Source: Lingula anatina
Taxonomy: Eukaryota; Animalia; Brachiopoda
Assembly: GCA_051362555.1 (NCBI GenBank)
Contig: CM120648.1
Location: 13,450,587 to 13,514,586 of the forward strand
Reading direction: 5' to 3'
Length of the DNA stretch: 64,000 nucleotides
Below are positions 61,465 to 64,000 of the stretch, piece by piece. The notes beneath the pieces were generated by a model. The model made no database searches. It was given only the letters and a program-made list of their open reading frames with translations, and had not been told where the DNA came from. Within the stretch, counting starts at the first letter, position 1, and the number at the start of each line of letters is the position of its first letter. The position numbers and the translations under genes were made by a program.

Positions 61465-64000
61465 TAGTATTACAATACTAATGCTACAGAATGATTTTGT
61501 ACATTTCAAGGTGATAAGACAGGGTTTATTCATTCATTGCATTAACAGGTCTCACAGTAAAATGTATAATGAAAAAGTAAAAAAGGGACAATTTGAGGGA
61601 AAAAGGTCCAAGAGAACTGCAATTCGAACGTGGACTGTATTTATCATATTATGAATCACTTAAGTAAGTTAGAGAATAACAAAAACTAGAAAAACAAAAA
61701 AGTCACACGGTTACATGTATCAATTCATAGTCCCCTTGTTTTTTCTAAATCATTAACTTTGAAATTCCCCTTGGATGGGAAAGCGTCGGTCTGTAATGCA
61801 TTGACTTCAATTTAGCTAAGATACGATAACAGAAATCATAATTATATATGCAGATTCACGGTGTATGATTGTTAAGGGTATACAACAGGACGCATGGGTT
61901 TTTATTACCTTCTGATATCAGGAGCTTCTAAAATAGTACACAAATTGAAGTTAATTTATACAATAATTATGTAACAGACTAATAGCGCACCTTGTGGTTA
62001 GAGATTAGGTTTTTATGTTGATCTGAATACTTTTAAATTAGAAGATCTACAGTGATGATTGGGCATTGAAAGTGCCGCTGGACAGAATCTGACATCATTC
62101 GAAAAGGAAACTGATCTGAGAGAATTTTTTTGTGATTTTTAATTTGCATTATTCTAAACAAATAAAAAATAACAAATATGGACTAAAAGAGAGATTTCAG
62201 CCTGTTTAATACGTATAATTTTTCACGCCATATCGCAAATGATTTGATATAATAGAGCACGAAGTGCTTTATGAAATTTGCCTACTTTTCTTTCTCTTGT
62301 ATAACCCTTGTTTAAAAACTTCCAGTTCTGGGGGAATCTATCCAGCGCGGACGGCTCTAATTTCTTTGTTGAATATAGGAACTTTTATCTGCGGTGATTA
62401 ATAGGTGCCAATCAAAGCTGTCAAATTTGACGGTTTAATTGACAGTTATATAAACATACATCAATCACAATCATCCCGCAAAGTAACTTTTACCGCCTGT
62501 GATTGATGGGTGCCAATCAAAGCTATTAAAAGTGGATGGCTTGATTGCCAGTTATGTAAACAAACGTCAATCATCACACTGTCACTGCAGATCAAGTATA
62601 GCTGTCGAACAGTGAATACGCCGTGGAGATGGCGCTTTCCCCAGACGTACTGATATAAGTGAGATAAGATAAAAAGAACTAATCCGACGTCAGCTAGTGT
62701 AATGATTAAAGGTATATAAGAAACTAAAGACGTACAGTAATGTGTTCATCATCTTTTAGTCACGTTCTGTTTATGATGATTGACTTTTGCGAAACTTCAG
62801 GTGGGAAGTAATTTTCACCCCATTTGCAGCATTTTTCTTTTTGTCTTTTTCTTTTCTTTATTTTCTTTCATTCATTCTTTCTTTTTTCTTTCTTTATTGA
62901 TTTATTTATTTACATATATTATTTATATATTTATTTAGTTACAGTGTAGTTGGTTAGTTACTTTTTTGTTTCTTTGTTTTTGTTTCTTTGTTTGTTTGCT
63001 TGTTTCCAAAAATATGTTTTATGTCATTTAGTTCTACCAGATTTTAAAATACATTGTTTCCCTTCGTCAGCGTGACATGGGTTCCGCACACCGCTGTGGG
63101 GAGACTGTGTGGAGTTGGTTGAGTTAGTGGCGCAGAACACTATCACCGAGAATTTCGACCCCTGAAATTCTCATGCGCATTTCTGCGTCAATACATGTGG
63201 ATTACGTGATGGTCTTCGTGTTGTATGTTGACAGGTAAAGCCCCCGTCACACTTATTCGGAATCAGCAGAAATCAAACAGATCCAGCCGGAATGACTAAA
63301 TTTAAAAATTCGTACTACAGGCAGTTTAGGACTGCGGTAGGCTAGCGCGTAATGGACATCTACCGGCAGTATCATTTATAATTATAACTGTGTTATACTT
63401 TTTGTTCTATTTGTTTTTCTTCTATTTGTATTTCCTCTCCTTTTTTTTTTACATATTTCTTTGGTGTCACTATATTTGGGTACCTTTTATTTTCATTTTC
63501 TAAGTATTACTTGGTTTTTCCTCACTCTAAACTGACTTGCTGATTTTACATCAGTGTACATGTACTTTACTGTACTAAATTTCTCTTTTCTTAGCATTGT
63601 AGATGCACTAACGCCCACCTTTTTGTTTAATACCATTTGATTTTCTTCCTGTTTCTGTGCGTGTGTTGGTTGGTTAAACGAGGATAAATTATATTTCGCG
63701 TTTCAGATATTGTTGTTTTAGGTAGAAATCGTGCTACATAAAAAATACCCCATATTGGGCTATGTACCACAATTAGACTAAATGTACAAGAAATTACACC
63801 ACCCGTTGTTATACATTGTGCAATTCATTGTTCAGTGCGGTTTTATTTAATAGTAAAAATTGGAATAGCGTCAATAAGTCTCAAATTACGACGAATTTCT
63901 TGCGTGATACTTTAAAGTTTTGTTTACTACACATATCCGTAATGTCTATGAACGTGGTCTCGCATATTTTACAGCAATCCTTCCTGAAAAGCAGGACGAT

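Overview
AT-rich animal (invertebrate, probably lophotrochozoan or basal deuterostome) genomic DNA, not prokaryotic. The only intact protein-coding gene I can support is an intronless rhodopsin-class GPCR of the FMRFamide-receptor-like group (49874-51100, minus strand). The last two small exons of an upstream gene may lie at 14-187. The rest is repeat-rich: MITEs of Kolobok, PIF/Harbinger, Academ and TA-target type, Helentron-type HINEs, a decayed full-length Tc1, and LINE fragments. The most striking structure is at about 2-31.5 kb. A CpG-rich promoter-like island is followed by spliced, apparently non-coding plus-strand exons. After these comes a ~19-kb patchwork (about 10.7-29.8 kb) of short internal coding fragments from many unrelated transposon families: ISL2EU/Harbinger, Tx1/L1-like, DIRS, Ginger1, Ginger2/KRBA2-like, hAT/ZNF862-like, Kolobok transposase plus KolX, Academ and a G2E3-like HECT piece. 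Every fragment I could translate lies on the minus strand, antisense to the inferred transcript, and the unit looks CpG-depleted by eye. This is the architecture expected of a flamenco-like uni-strand piRNA cluster built from captured TE fragments. That interpretation is inference and needs small-RNA data. All family assignments come from motif recognition by eye, with no database searches.
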